From Candidatus Cloacimonadales bacterium (GTDB lineage: Bacteria; Cloacimonadota; Cloacimonadia; Cloacimonadales; JAFGVF01): a stretch of 64,000 nt of DNA. This document shows, in pieces, positions 42,236 to 52,761 of the stretch. A program made the translations under genes and the position numbers. The stretch is from NCBI GenBank assembly GCA_963662585.1, contig OY759729.1:288001-352000 (forward strand). The letters run 5' to 3'. How positions within the stretch are numbered: position 1 is the first letter of the stretch; each line of letters opens with the position of its first letter. Below the pieces are notes generated by a model, which saw nothing but the letters and a program-made list of their open reading frames with translations, was not told where the DNA came from and did not search any database.

Positions 42236-43409
42236 CATTACCTTTTGGGGTATATTTATTGATATCAAAATCAGTTAAGTTAACGCCTATTGAAAGTGAA
42301 AGTTGGGTAGTTTTCATTTCAGAAGCAATTGCTTGCATTCCACTTAAGTTGAAAGTTAGTTCTTCTAGATTAAGAGTATAACCGATAGTTAAAAATGTTT
42401 GTTCATTTGTCAAAATTTCTTCAACACCATCATTAAAGTTGTTAGGATAATGAGGAATAATCTCAGAAGCTAGTTGGGCAATTGGTAGCTGTACTTCACC
42501 TGAGAAAGTAGAAGGAATATACATTGCTCCAAATCTAATGATGCTATTTCTAATCTGTTGTTCAAGTCCAAGCTTAAAAATATTTAAATCATCATAGTAT
42601 TCACTCATTTGACTATTCATTCTTCTTTCATAATCAATATTAATAACACTATCTTCTATGTAATAATATGATAAACCAGCTGAGAATTTTGCAGGAACAG
42701 TTACTACCCAATCCAAGTATTCTGTATCAAAACTTACTTCTGAACTATGATTATAAGCTAGTCCTAAATTAAGTCTATTATTAACTTTATAGAGCAGTCC
42801 GCTACTGAAGCTTAAAGCTCCCTCTGATAAATCAATTTTAGAAGAGACACCGTTAATAAGCATATTTTCCATATTATGCAGATTGTAATTAACATCAAAA
42901 CCTAGACTAAGATTTTCTAGCATATAAGAATTCACGAATCCAAAGCGATAATAATTATACTCAGGTTTTCTATCTTGAATAATTGCTGTACCGTAATCAT
43001 CGATAGTATATCTATCATATTTAAGGCTCTTTGGCATGGAATAGTAAAGAGCTGTGCTCAAATTATTAACCATGTTGAATCCAAACCCTACAAAAGTAAA
43101 AGGTTTATTAGCTATATAATTCTCATCCTTCAAATGACCAATCTCTTTCTTCTCTGGCTTTACCATAAATTCGATATACATTTCAGTGTGATCTGTAGAA
43201 AAACCTGCAGGATTAAGTAAAACATTTTCGACATTTTCAATCTTGGCAACACCAGTATTTCCCCTTCCCGAAGCTAAAGTGTTGATATAATTATTAGAAT
43301 AAGCATCATAATATGCTTGCATAAATTCTGGGGCACTATAGCTAACTTCTGAACTAAATAATCCTACTGTTAAAATAACTAAAACTGCAGTTAAAATAGA
43401 CCTTTTCAT
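42225..43409 (-). CDS. Outer-membrane beta-barrel protein (FadL/PorV-like)
   Basis: Signal peptide, GRGNTGVA..NPAG N-terminal motif, amphipathic strands. Confidence 0.6.
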   Translation of the reverse strand: MKRSILTAVLVILTVGLFSSEVSYSAPEFMQAYYDAYSNNYINTLASGRGNTGVAKIENVENVLLNPAGFSTDHTEMYIEFMVKPEKKEIGHLKDENYIANKPFTFVGFGFNMVNNLSTALYYSMPKSLKYDRYTIDDYGTAIIQDRKPEYNYYRFGFVNSYMLENLSLGFDVNYNLHNMENMLINGVSSKIDLSEGALSFSSGLLYKVNNRLNLGLAYNHSSEVSFDTEYLDWVVTVPAKFSAGLSYYYIEDSVINIDYERRMNSQMSEYYDDLNIFKLGLEQQIRNSIIRFGAMYIPSTFSGEVQLPIAQLASEIIPHYPNNFNDGVEEILTNEQTFLTIGYTLNLEELTFNLSGMQAIASEMKTTQLSLSIGVNLTDFDINKYTPKGNDED

Positions 43410-43521
43410 TATGAACTCCTAAAATGTTAATTTTTCCCTATAATTTCAAAACAATCGCACATCTCAATATTTATCTTAAAATAAAAGTCTGACCATCTTC
43501 CCTTTTAGAAAAGGATAGACT

Positions 43522-43764
43522 TTTAAGAGATATTGATACACCCCCTGCGTCCCCCTCTCAGAAGGGGATTTAAGAGATATTGATACACCCCCTGTGTCCC
43601 CCTCTCAGAAGGGGATTTAAGAGATATTGATACACCCCCTGTGTCCCCCACTCAGAAGGGGATTTAAGAGATATTGATACACCCCCTGCGTCCCCCACTC
43701 AGAAGGGGATTTAAGAGATATTGATACACCCCCTGTGTCCCCCTCTCAGAGGGGGATTTAAGAG
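43522..43764. repeat. Five tandem 47-bp units with TCCCC..GGGGA hairpin
   Basis: TTTAAGAGATATTGATACACCCCCTGYGTCCCCCWCTCAGARGGGGA at 43522, 43569, 43616, 43663, 43710. Confidence 0.95.
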
Positions 43765-43836
43765 GTTTTGTTTTAAATTATTTAAAAATATATTTCTTCA
43801 AATTCTCAATTCAAAATTTGAATTCTAAATTCCCTT

Positions 43837-45105
<1,269 letters not shown>

Positions 45106-45120
45106 TTATTATCTTTTAGC

Positions 45121-45149
45121 ATTATAATTTGAGTGTGTTAGTCTGTCAA
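45121..45149 (-). promoter_or_regulatory. Consensus sigma70 promoter upstream of purA
   Basis: Minus strand TTGACA-17 nt-TATAAT, a perfect match. Confidence 0.75.
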
Positions 45150-45280
45150 CGAAAAAGAGAATTAAATATTTATGTTTGCTTGATGAAGTTCAAATTTGCT
45201 TCCAACTCAATAATATTCCTAAACCCAAAACTCATTAAAAAAAACTGAAAGATAAAGTAGTATATTTATATTTTAATATT

Positions 45281-45883
45281 CTAAAAAGCCATTCCACTAA
45301 ATGTTAGCAATAAAGCACCTGAATTTGTTGTAAAAGTAAAACCATCTTCTTCTATCGATGGATTATTTACAAAGTAATTCAAACTAAATCGATAATGCTT
45401 AGTAAATTCGTAACCTACTCCAGCAAATAAACCAGTTCCATCCCAAGTTTCAGAATCTTCTTCTGTAGGTGTCATCCATGAAGATAATCCCAAACCACCA
45501 CTTAAAAATAAAGAAGAATGCCAAGCTCCGGATTTTAATTCTGGGGCTATAAAATATGAAAAAGCAATAGCTCCAACTCCGTCAGCTATAGTAATATTTT
45601 CATCTAATGCATTTCTCATAGAAAACCAAGCAACTAGATTTGTGTAATAAAGTTCAAGTTGATTGTTAGGAGCATACCCAATTTTAAAGTCTGTTGCAAA
45701 ACCATTAGCTTTTTCAGTATCAGTTTAGAAAGAATCACCATAACCTTCAATCTTTTGTGTATATGAAACATTTGCTAGTCCTGCTCCAAAACCTAAGAGA
45801 AAACCTTGTCTTTGACCATCAAAAGCTACTAAGCTTGATATAATAAAAATAAATAAGCTCAACACTACTAATTTTTTTCCCAT
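45281..45883 (-). pseudogene. Outer-membrane beta-barrel protein gene interrupted by an in-frame TAA
   Basis: AAGGAG RBS and ATG at 45883, signal peptide MGKKLVVLSLFIF; TAA at codon 53 (45725-45727); same frame continues to a C-terminal Phe. Confidence 0.8.
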
Positions 45884-46249
45884 AATCTACTCCTTAATTT
45901 TTATATACTACTTTACCTGTCATTAGTTCATTAACTTTTTAATTTTGTTTAAAATATTCATTTGGCTAAATTTCCCAAAGATTTCTTATTTTCTTTGAAT
46001 AAAACAATATATTTATTTTGAGAGAAAGCTGTCAACTTAAAAGACTAGAATTAATTATGATTAACAGTTAGAAACTCCAAGTGTCAAAATAAAATTTATG
46101 ACTAATTTATTTGCTTTCCATCAGAGATAATCTCTTCTGAAATAGACTCTTTTCTTTAATTATTTTTAAGTTTTTTAATTTAATTTGTTACTTTTTATAG
46201 AAAAGTAATATAATGATAAAGTATAAAGAATTAATATAAGGAGTAAGAA

Positions 46250-46543
46250 ATGAAAGAGATTGATAGCATTATAAAAGAAAAGTTTAAAAATGTACCAATT
46301 GAAAAGGATACTAAAATACTTTCGATAGGCTATATGAAAGTTGGAGAATATGATGCTAGGATTGAAAGATGGTTCTGGGAGGGAGTGCATGCCTTTTCAA
46401 TGATTTTTCTCAAAACTGATGTAGAACACATTTCTACAAGTAATCTAATAGATTTAATCAGACAAAAGACTGGTATAATTGATGAATTTGAATTTTCTGA
46501 TAGTGGAGAATATCTCTTCTTTTCTTATGGTTTCACAGATTAG
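46250..46543 (+). CDS. Hypothetical protein
   Basis: AAGGAG RBS, 97-aa ORF with normal composition. Confidence 0.6.
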   Translation: MKEIDSIIKEKFKNVPIEKDTKILSIGYMKVGEYDARIERWFWEGVHAFSMIFLKTDVEHISTSNLIDLIRQKTGIIDEFEFSDSGEYLFFSYGFTD

Positions 46544-46652
46544 CTTTGGCTAAATAAAATTCCTCTACTTATTCTCTTGTTTTAAACCATCATTCACGAT
46601 TAACAAATTTAACAAAGTGATGCGATTCTAAGACAAATAAGTTTAGGAGTAT

Positions 46653-46683
46653 AGAGGCAATCTGATTTGATTGCCTCTTTTTT
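46653..46683 (+). terminator. Intrinsic terminator
   Basis: AGAGGCAATC-N5-GATTGCCTCT followed by T run. Confidence 0.75.
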
Positions 46684-46743
46684 ATTTGCTTGTTTTGATT
46701 AACAGACTATTAATATCTTAAACTATTTTAAAGGAAATCAAAT

Positions 46744-47169
46744 ATGACTACGATTAATGTTTATCTGAATTTTGATGGTAACTGTGAAGAGGCTTTCTTA
46801 TTTTACAAATCAGTTTTTGGAAAAGAGATTTCTTATCTTGGACGCTTCCAAGATTTCCCTAAACAAGATTTTATGCCTGAATTATCCCCTAATGATGCTG
46901 AGAAAATTCTGCATGTTAGCTTACCAATAAGTCAAGAAACAATCTTAATGGGCTGTGACAATATCGATCAGATTAATAACCCCTATCATCAGGGTAATAA
47001 TTTTTCAGTCTCTATCAATACTGATAGCAGAGCAGAAGCAAACCGTCTTTTTGAAGAACTCTCTTCAGGAGGAATAATCCAGATACCAATAAAGGAAGCA
47101 TTTTGGGGTGATTATTTTGGACAGTTTACTGATAAGTTTGGTATTAATTGGATGGTAATGGCCGATTAA
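46744..47169 (+). CDS. VOC family protein (PhnB-like)
   Basis: YLNFDGNCEEAFLFYKSVFG, FWGDYFGQFTDKFGINWM. Confidence 0.88.
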   Translation: MTTINVYLNFDGNCEEAFLFYKSVFGKEISYLGRFQDFPKQDFMPELSPNDAEKILHVSLPISQETILMGCDNIDQINNPYHQGNNFSVSINTDSRAEANRLFEELSSGGIIQIPIKEAFWGDYFGQFTDKFGINWMVMAD

Positions 47170-47204
47170 GTAGAATATTCAAAAACTATAAATTAGGAGA
47201 ATAA

Positions 47205-47618
47205 ATGAAAAAAGTTAGAGCAATTGGTGGAGTATTTTTTAAATGCAAAGACCCTAAGAAAATAAAAGAATGGTATGCTGAGAATCTTGGTTTTAATACT
47301 GATGACTATGGTACAAGTTTTAAATGGTGTCAATTCCCTGATAAAGAAAATGTTGGCTACACTCAGTGGAGTCCTTTTTCAGATAAAACAGATTACTTCG
47401 CTCCTTCAGATAAAGACTTCATGATTAACTATCGGGTCGAAGATTTAGAAGCTTTAGTAGAAGAATTGAAAGCTAATGGCGTGGAGATTTTAGACGAAAT
47501 AGCTACTTATGATTATGGTAAATTTGTTCATATCCTCGATCTTGAAGGTAATAAGATTGAATTATGGGAACCACTAGATCCAGGCTATGAAAAAGCTGCT
47601 GAAGGTGTAACTAGCTAA
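47205..47618 (+). CDS. VOC/glyoxalase family protein
   Basis: IGGVFFK, MINYRVEDL, YGKFVHILDLEGNKIELWEP. Confidence 0.88.
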   Translation: MKKVRAIGGVFFKCKDPKKIKEWYAENLGFNTDDYGTSFKWCQFPDKENVGYTQWSPFSDKTDYFAPSDKDFMINYRVEDLEALVEELKANGVEILDEIATYDYGKFVHILDLEGNKIELWEPLDPGYEKAAEGVTS

Positions 47619-47694
47619 AAAATCACTATAGTTAAATACTAATTTAATCCATCCAAGGCTAATTTTACTAAATGCACGAATGTAGAGCCGTAAT

Positions 47695-48617
47695 CTTCTG
47701 TCGGTTTGTGGACATCTTGTCCGTTGTGAATTGGTAAATAGCGGATGAATAGAGTCTAAGTTGATTGAAGATCTTGAAATACTAGTATCTAATGTGGAAG
47801 CAGAGATGCTTCCACTCCATAGAAGAAAACACCCCTGTGCCCCCCTCACGGAGGGGGATTTGTAAACACCCCGTCAGCTTCGCAGCCACCCCTCTTTTAG
47901 CGTGCTTTCAGCACTAAAGAGGGGAATTTAAGATTCACGGACTAAAGGTCCGTAACCCCAGTTAATCTCTAAAGAGGGGAGTTTGACATTCACGGACTAA
48001 AGGTCCGTAACCCCAGTTAATCACTAAAGAGGGGAGGAGTTTTAAAAGTGTGATAATCCCTCTTCTGTCGGATTGCATACACCCTTGTATGCGAAAAACC
48101 TTATAAAAATCTAATGTTATCGTGCTGTGAAGAGACTGCTGATAACTGGGAATGCGGGATTCTAGCCCGCGTCCAGCACTTAGGTGCTGGACTACTACTT
48201 AAGATTACCCAGCATTTTATGCTGGGTGCAGGCAAGATGCCTGCGTTCCCAGTTAGGGGTGCTTCCACTTCAAATAGTCTCAAAGCTAATTAAACCTAGA
48301 TATCCCAGTATCTAATGTGGAAGCAGAGACGCTTCCACTCCATAGAAGAAAACACCCCTGTGTCCCCCTCACGGAGGGGGATTTATAAACACCCCGTCTG
48401 CTTCGCAGCCACCCCTCTTTTAGCGTGCTTTCAGCACTAAAGAGGGGAGTTTAAGATTCACGGACTAAAGGTCCGTAACCCCAGTTAATCTCTAAAGAGG
48501 GGAGTTTAAGATTCACGGACTAAAGGTCCGTAACCCCAGTTAATCACAAAAGAGGGGAGTTTGACATTCACGGACTAAAGGTCCGTAACCCCAGTTAATC
48601 ACTAAAGAAGGGAGTTT
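47695..48617. repeat. Mosaic cluster of REP-like palindromes with a duplicated ~250-bp block and 55-bp sub-repeats
   Basis: Block starts at 47784 and 48307; TTCACGGACTAAAGGTCCGTAACCCC unit occurs 2x and 3x; inverted REP pair at 48143-48255. Confidence 0.9.
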
Positions 48618-48659
48618 AGGAGATCTCATCCTAAATAAATTAAACGATTTTTAGCAATT

Positions 48660-49562
48660 CTAATATCTTTTGTACCATTTGGGAACAAATTCTTTAAATC
48701 CATCATACCAGTCAAGAACTGCCCTTGATATTTCAATCATAACGACAACTTCACTCTTTCCAAATTTTATAGCCCAAGGTATTGACGCTAATTGATTACT
48801 AGCAATATACAAAGCCATTAATCGAAAAAACAGATTAGGTACACTGTTTTCGAAATAACCATTTATATAGCCTGAAGCAAAACTTTCACTTGTTCTAACA
48901 CTCCAGACAATTCTATTAAATTCCTCCCAGGGATCACCATAATCCCAGCGATTAAAGTCAATAATACCTAACTGACCTTGCTGAGAAATAATCATATTAC
49001 CAGTATGATAGTCCCCATGCTGAAAAGTCTGAGGTCTATCCCTAAGCAATTCACGGTTATTGTTAACGAAATTAATAAACAAATCTGTTTCAGCAATACT
49101 TACGCCACAAGATTCATAATTCTTGATATTTCTATCTATCTTATGATTAAATCTGCTAAACCAATTAGAATGATTTGTTGGTGCAGGAAGACTATGAATT
49201 TGGCGTAGATATTCCCCAGCCTTCAATCCATATTTATATTGATCCTTAGGATTCATTCTTTTAACAGCAGATTCCGCATCCTCTCCCTCAATCCAAGTTA
49301 GAAGTAGATACACTAATTTATTATTATTGCAGACTCCGAAATCCAGCGGGTAGGACATTAATATCTTTCTATTAGCTACTAATTTCATACTCTCATATTC
49401 TTCTTTCTTAATATCATATTGAGAAATATCAGAGATTCTTAGCAGTAAATCTTGTCTATCCTTAGTTTGAATATGATACTTTTTATCTGACGACCATCCT
49501 TTATCTACCAACTCTACTTTTACCCAACTATTAGAAGCAATTATATCATCATAAAAGTTCAT
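48660..49562 (-). CDS. Aminoglycoside phosphotransferase (APH)-like kinase
   Basis: KGWS, HGDYHTGN (Brenner motif), IIDF, GDPWEEF; substrate unknown. Confidence 0.85.
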   Translation of the reverse strand: MNFYDDIIASNSWVKVELVDKGWSSDKKYHIQTKDRQDLLLRISDISQYDIKKEEYESMKLVANRKILMSYPLDFGVCNNNKLVYLLLTWIEGEDAESAVKRMNPKDQYKYGLKAGEYLRQIHSLPAPTNHSNWFSRFNHKIDRNIKNYESCGVSIAETDLFINFVNNNRELLRDRPQTFQHGDYHTGNMIISQQGQLGIIDFNRWDYGDPWEEFNRIVWSVRTSESFASGYINGYFENSVPNLFFRLMALYIASNQLASIPWAIKFGKSEVVVMIEISRAVLDWYDGFKEFVPKWYKRY

Positions 49563-49592
49563 AAGCTCTCCCTATTTTCTAATTCAACCTAG

Positions 49593-50000
49593 CTAAAAAT
49601 CTTCAGGTGCTACTAACTCTACCTTAATCCTGTCTGGGTCCTCAAAATAGACTGCATAATAGCCTTGACCACCGGCATAAGGATGTCGATCTGCATACAA
49701 GATTTTAATCTGCTTTAAGCGTAATTCTTCAGTAATTTCATCAACCTGCTCTTTTGATTCAGCATGGAAGGCTAAGTGATTTAACCCAGCTTTACACCTA
49801 TGATACTTAACATCAAGATGTTTTTCCTCAACTTGAACAAAGACTAGATAAGTATCATCTAACTTATAGCTTCTACCTTGATCCCATTCTTGATACAATT
49901 CATAACCAAGCTTTGAGAGAAACCATGACCAAAATTCAGTTGATTTCTCTAGATTAGAGACATAAATTTCTATATGATGAAGAAGACCTTTTTTTGACAT
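49593..50000 (-). CDS. VOC family protein
   Basis: LHHIEIYVSNL, GLNHLAF, YAVYFEDPDRIKVE; start inferred at MSKK. Confidence 0.85.
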   Translation of the reverse strand: MSKKGLLHHIEIYVSNLEKSTEFWSWFLSKLGYELYQEWDQGRSYKLDDTYLVFVQVEEKHLDVKYHRCKAGLNHLAFHAESKEQVDEITEELRLKQIKILYADRHPYAGGQGYYAVYFEDPDRIKVELVAPEDF

Positions 50001-50367
50001 AACTTTTTCCTTTGTTATTTTTTTTGTCATGTATTCTAAGAATTAGGATTGTGTAAAGGAAATTGTTTAACCCGAATGGTGCAGTAGAGCTTTACAGAAG
50101 AGTGCAGATTCTTTTAGATAAAGCTTTTACAGAATTTATCAGCTTATAATATATATACTCTGAGAAATTATGTAAAAGCTTTAGCAAATGAATATAGTGC
50201 TATTCTAAAAGATCTACTTCATTATTTGGGTTTAAAGACATCGCAGTGAAAAATAAGCAGTGTCTCTCTGGCAACTCCTTTTCTTATCAGTGTAATCGGT
50301 GGCTAAAACTTCTTTCTTTTTTGTGTAATTAGTGTCTTGTGGTAAACATAATTTCTTGTTTAAACGC

Positions 50368-50398
50368 AAAAAACCCCCGACCGTTAGGTCAGGGGTTT
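50368..50398 (-). terminator. Intrinsic terminator of the secG-tRNA transcript
   Basis: Minus strand AAACCCCTGACC-TAAC-GGTCGGGGGTTTTTT. Confidence 0.85.
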
Positions 50399-50401
50399 AA
50401 A

Positions 50402-50489
50402 TGGTACAGAAGGCGGGACTTGAACCCGCACACTCGTATTGAGAACAAGATCCTTAGTCTTGCGTGTCTGCCAATTCCACCACTTCTGC
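50402..50489 (-). tRNA. tRNA-Leu, anticodon AAG
   Basis: GCAGAAG/CTTCTGT acceptor stem with A73-CCA; TGGCA D-loop; anticodon arm CAAGA-CTAAGGA-TCTTG; long variable arm; GCGGG-TTCAAGT-CCCGC T-arm. Confidence 0.95.
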
Positions 50490-50499
50490 TTGGTAAAGT

Positions 50500-50880
50500 T
50501 TATTTTTCAGGAGATTCAGGAGCTGCTTCTGGACTTGCTTCAGTAGCAGGTAATTCTTGAACATCACCTTCATTATTATTTAGATTTTGAGCAGGTGAAG
50601 TTTCTTCAGTTTGTTCTACTGGTATAGTAGAAGCTAAACCGGCATCTCCGCCATTGCTAGACTTAACAGTTATTGCTAAGAAGACACAAGAGATTAAGAA
50701 AAGACCACCAATAATCTGTGTCCATTTTTTCATCATATCAGAAGCTGAACTTCCAAAAACATTAGAAGCTGCTCCGCCTAAGTTACTATCTAAGCCATTA
50801 CCCTTAGAAGTTTGAGCCAAGATGATTAACACCAAGGCAATACTAATAAGTATATGTATTACTAAAAGAATTATTTCCAT
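50500..50880 (-). CDS. secG: Preprotein translocase subunit SecG
   Basis: Two TM helices, ILAQTSKGNGL..LGG..FG; followed by tRNA-Leu. Confidence 0.9.
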   Translation of the reverse strand: MEIILLVIHILISIALVLIILAQTSKGNGLDSNLGGAASNVFGSSASDMMKKWTQIIGGLFLISCVFLAITVKSSNGGDAGLASTIPVEQTEETSPAQNLNNNEGDVQELPATEASPEAAPESPEK

Positions 50881-50965
50881 TTTTTCTCCCTTGCAATAAG
50901 TTTATTCAGATAATTATAAGTTAGTTTTTTTGTCAAGAATATTTTTACATATTTCGAATATTATT

Positions 50966-51964
50966 TTAATTTATTCCTATTGCATTTCTCAATCTTAGGA
51001 TAGTTTGAGATGCTATATCTCTCGCTTTTTCAGCACCTTCTTTCAATATTGAGTCCACGAAATCTCTATTTTCTAAGAGTTGAAAATATTTTTCTCGAGG
51101 GGCTTTTAGTTGATCATTTACAGCTTCAAAGAGAGCTTGTTTGGCTTCTCCCCAACCCATTCCACCTGCTAAATATCGTTCTCTTAGTTCAGCTTGTTGC
51201 TGTGGACTAGCGAATACTTTATAAAGCGAGAATACATTACAAGTATCTGGATCTTTAGCTTCTTCTATAGTTTGAGAATTAGTAACTATTTTCATAATAG
51301 TCTTTCTTAATTTCTTTTCAGGTAAGAAGAGAGAGATTTCATTGTTGTAACTTTTACTCATTTTTCTTCCATCCAAGCCTACAATTACTCCTGCTTCCTC
51401 ATGGGTATAAGGTTTTGGCAGTTTAAGGATTTCAGTTTTATAGTTAAAGTTGAGAGACTGAGCGATATCATTTGCCATTTCAAGATGTTGAAGTTGATCT
51501 TTTCCAACAGGCACAACATCGGCATCGAAAAGCAGAATATCTGCAGCCATCAAAATCGGGTAGGTAAAGAGTCCGATATTCACACCATCATCTAAGGTAT
51601 TTCCTTCTTCTTCGTTTCGTTGCACAATAGCTTTATAAGCATGAGCTCTATTCATTAGTCCCTTAGGAGTAAAGGCCATTAAGGCAATAGCTAATTCAAA
51701 TGTTTCAGGAACATCTGACTGTCTATAGAAGAGTACTTTGTTTGGATCTAAACCACAAGCTAACCAAGCGGCAGCAACTTCAAAAGTCATATCTTTTAAT
51801 TTAACAGGGTCTTTTATTTGATTAAGGGCATGATAATCTGCAATAAAGTAACGAGCATCAAAATCTTTAGCCAACTCCAAAGCTGGTCTGATTGAACCGA
51901 CAAAATTCCCTAAGTGAGGCATTCCTGTTGGTTTGATACCAGTTAAAGAAACTTTCTTATTCAT
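50966..51964 (-). CDS. trpS: Tryptophan--tRNA ligase
   Basis: TGIKPTG, HLGN, YPILMAADIL, VPVGKDQ, KMSKS. Confidence 0.97.
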   Translation of the reverse strand: MNKKVSLTGIKPTGMPHLGNFVGSIRPALELAKDFDARYFIADYHALNQIKDPVKLKDMTFEVAAAWLACGLDPNKVLFYRQSDVPETFELAIALMAFTPKGLMNRAHAYKAIVQRNEEEGNTLDDGVNIGLFTYPILMAADILLFDADVVPVGKDQLQHLEMANDIAQSLNFNYKTEILKLPKPYTHEEAGVIVGLDGRKMSKSYNNEISLFLPEKKLRKTIMKIVTNSQTIEEAKDPDTCNVFSLYKVFASPQQQAELRERYLAGGMGWGEAKQALFEAVNDQLKAPREKYFQLLENRDFVDSILKEGAEKARDIASQTILRLRNAIGIN

Positions 51965-52244
51965 TTATCCTCCATAAAATACATTAAAAAGCAAAATAAT
52001 ATTAAAAGGAAAAACAGTCCAGATTTTTTTAAATTAAGTGTGTTTTTCATTACTTTTTGCTTCTTTGTTTTCTTATTCTATAATGGTCTTCCCTTCCTCT
52101 TTGGCACTCAACTCAAGTAAAATTCAATTATTCTTTTTGTTGAGTAATAAGGAGGAGAGAAAGAGCAGAAAAAATCATAAAAGTATCTTTGATGTATGCT
52201 AGCTTCACAACAGATACAGGACTATAAAAATGCATCATTCTACC

Positions 52245-52403
52245 AGCTGCAGAGGCAGCGAAATCTTTGTAGATAACAGATGCCAAACAATTACCTAAGC
52301 TGCAGAGGCAGCGACACAAAAAGCCTTAATCGTGCCGCTGCCTCTGCAGCTTATGGATATTTCTTGCTTTCTGAGCTACAAAGATTTCGCTGCCTCTGCA
52401 GCT
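52245..52403. repeat. Nested inverted repeats of AGCTGCAGAGGCAGCG (2 forward, 2 reverse)
   Basis: Outer pair is a perfect 28-bp inverted repeat (52245.. and 52376..52403); inner pair at 52298 and about 52332-52351. Confidence 0.9.
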
Positions 52404-52479
52404 AAGAAGATTTTGATCTTTCTTGATTTACTATTAGATTTAGTTCCCACTCTACTTGAGAGAGAAGCTTTAAAATTTC

Positions 52480-52742
52480 CTATGGAAGCAGGGAGTTTAG
52501 AGTGTGATAATCCCTCTTCTGTCGGATTGTGGAGATTTTCTCCGCTGTGAATTGCTAAGTAGCAGATGAATAGTGTCTAAACTGATTAAAAATCTAGAAA
52601 TCCCAGGAATAAATTATATTTGTAGGAGCCTATCCTTTTTTAGCCTGCCTTCAGCACTAAAGCGGGGAGTTTAAGACTTCCTATGGAAGCAGGGACGCTT
52701 CCATTCCATAGCCCACACCCTCACGGATGGGGATTTAAGAGG
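52480..52742. repeat. Degenerate copies of the REP modules seen at 47695-48617
   Basis: AGTGTGATAATCCCTCTTCTGTCGGATTG, TGGAAGCAGGGACGCTTCCA, TTCAGCACTAAAGCGGGGAGTTT, CCCTCACGGA. Confidence 0.75.
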
Positions 52743-52761
52743 TATGGTCACATTCTTAAAC

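Noticed and set aside
43522..43764. 47-bp repeats as a mini-CRISPR
   Set aside because: Units abut directly with no variable spacer.
47574..48283. ORFs 47574..47849 and 48101..48283 (also 52128..52319 and 52332..52550)
   Set aside because: They lie within palindromic repeat clusters and show no protein-like features.
48660..49562. Calling the APH-like gene an antibiotic resistance gene
   Set aside because: The fold motifs are shared by many small-molecule kinases; substrate cannot be inferred from sequence alone.
50075..50090. Possible attR copy of the tRNA 3' end (AATGGTGCAGTAG vs AATGGTACAGAAG)
   Set aside because: Too short and mismatched, and no integrase is nearby.
50339..50560. 73-aa ORF
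   Set aside because: Antisense to tRNA-Leu and the end of secG.
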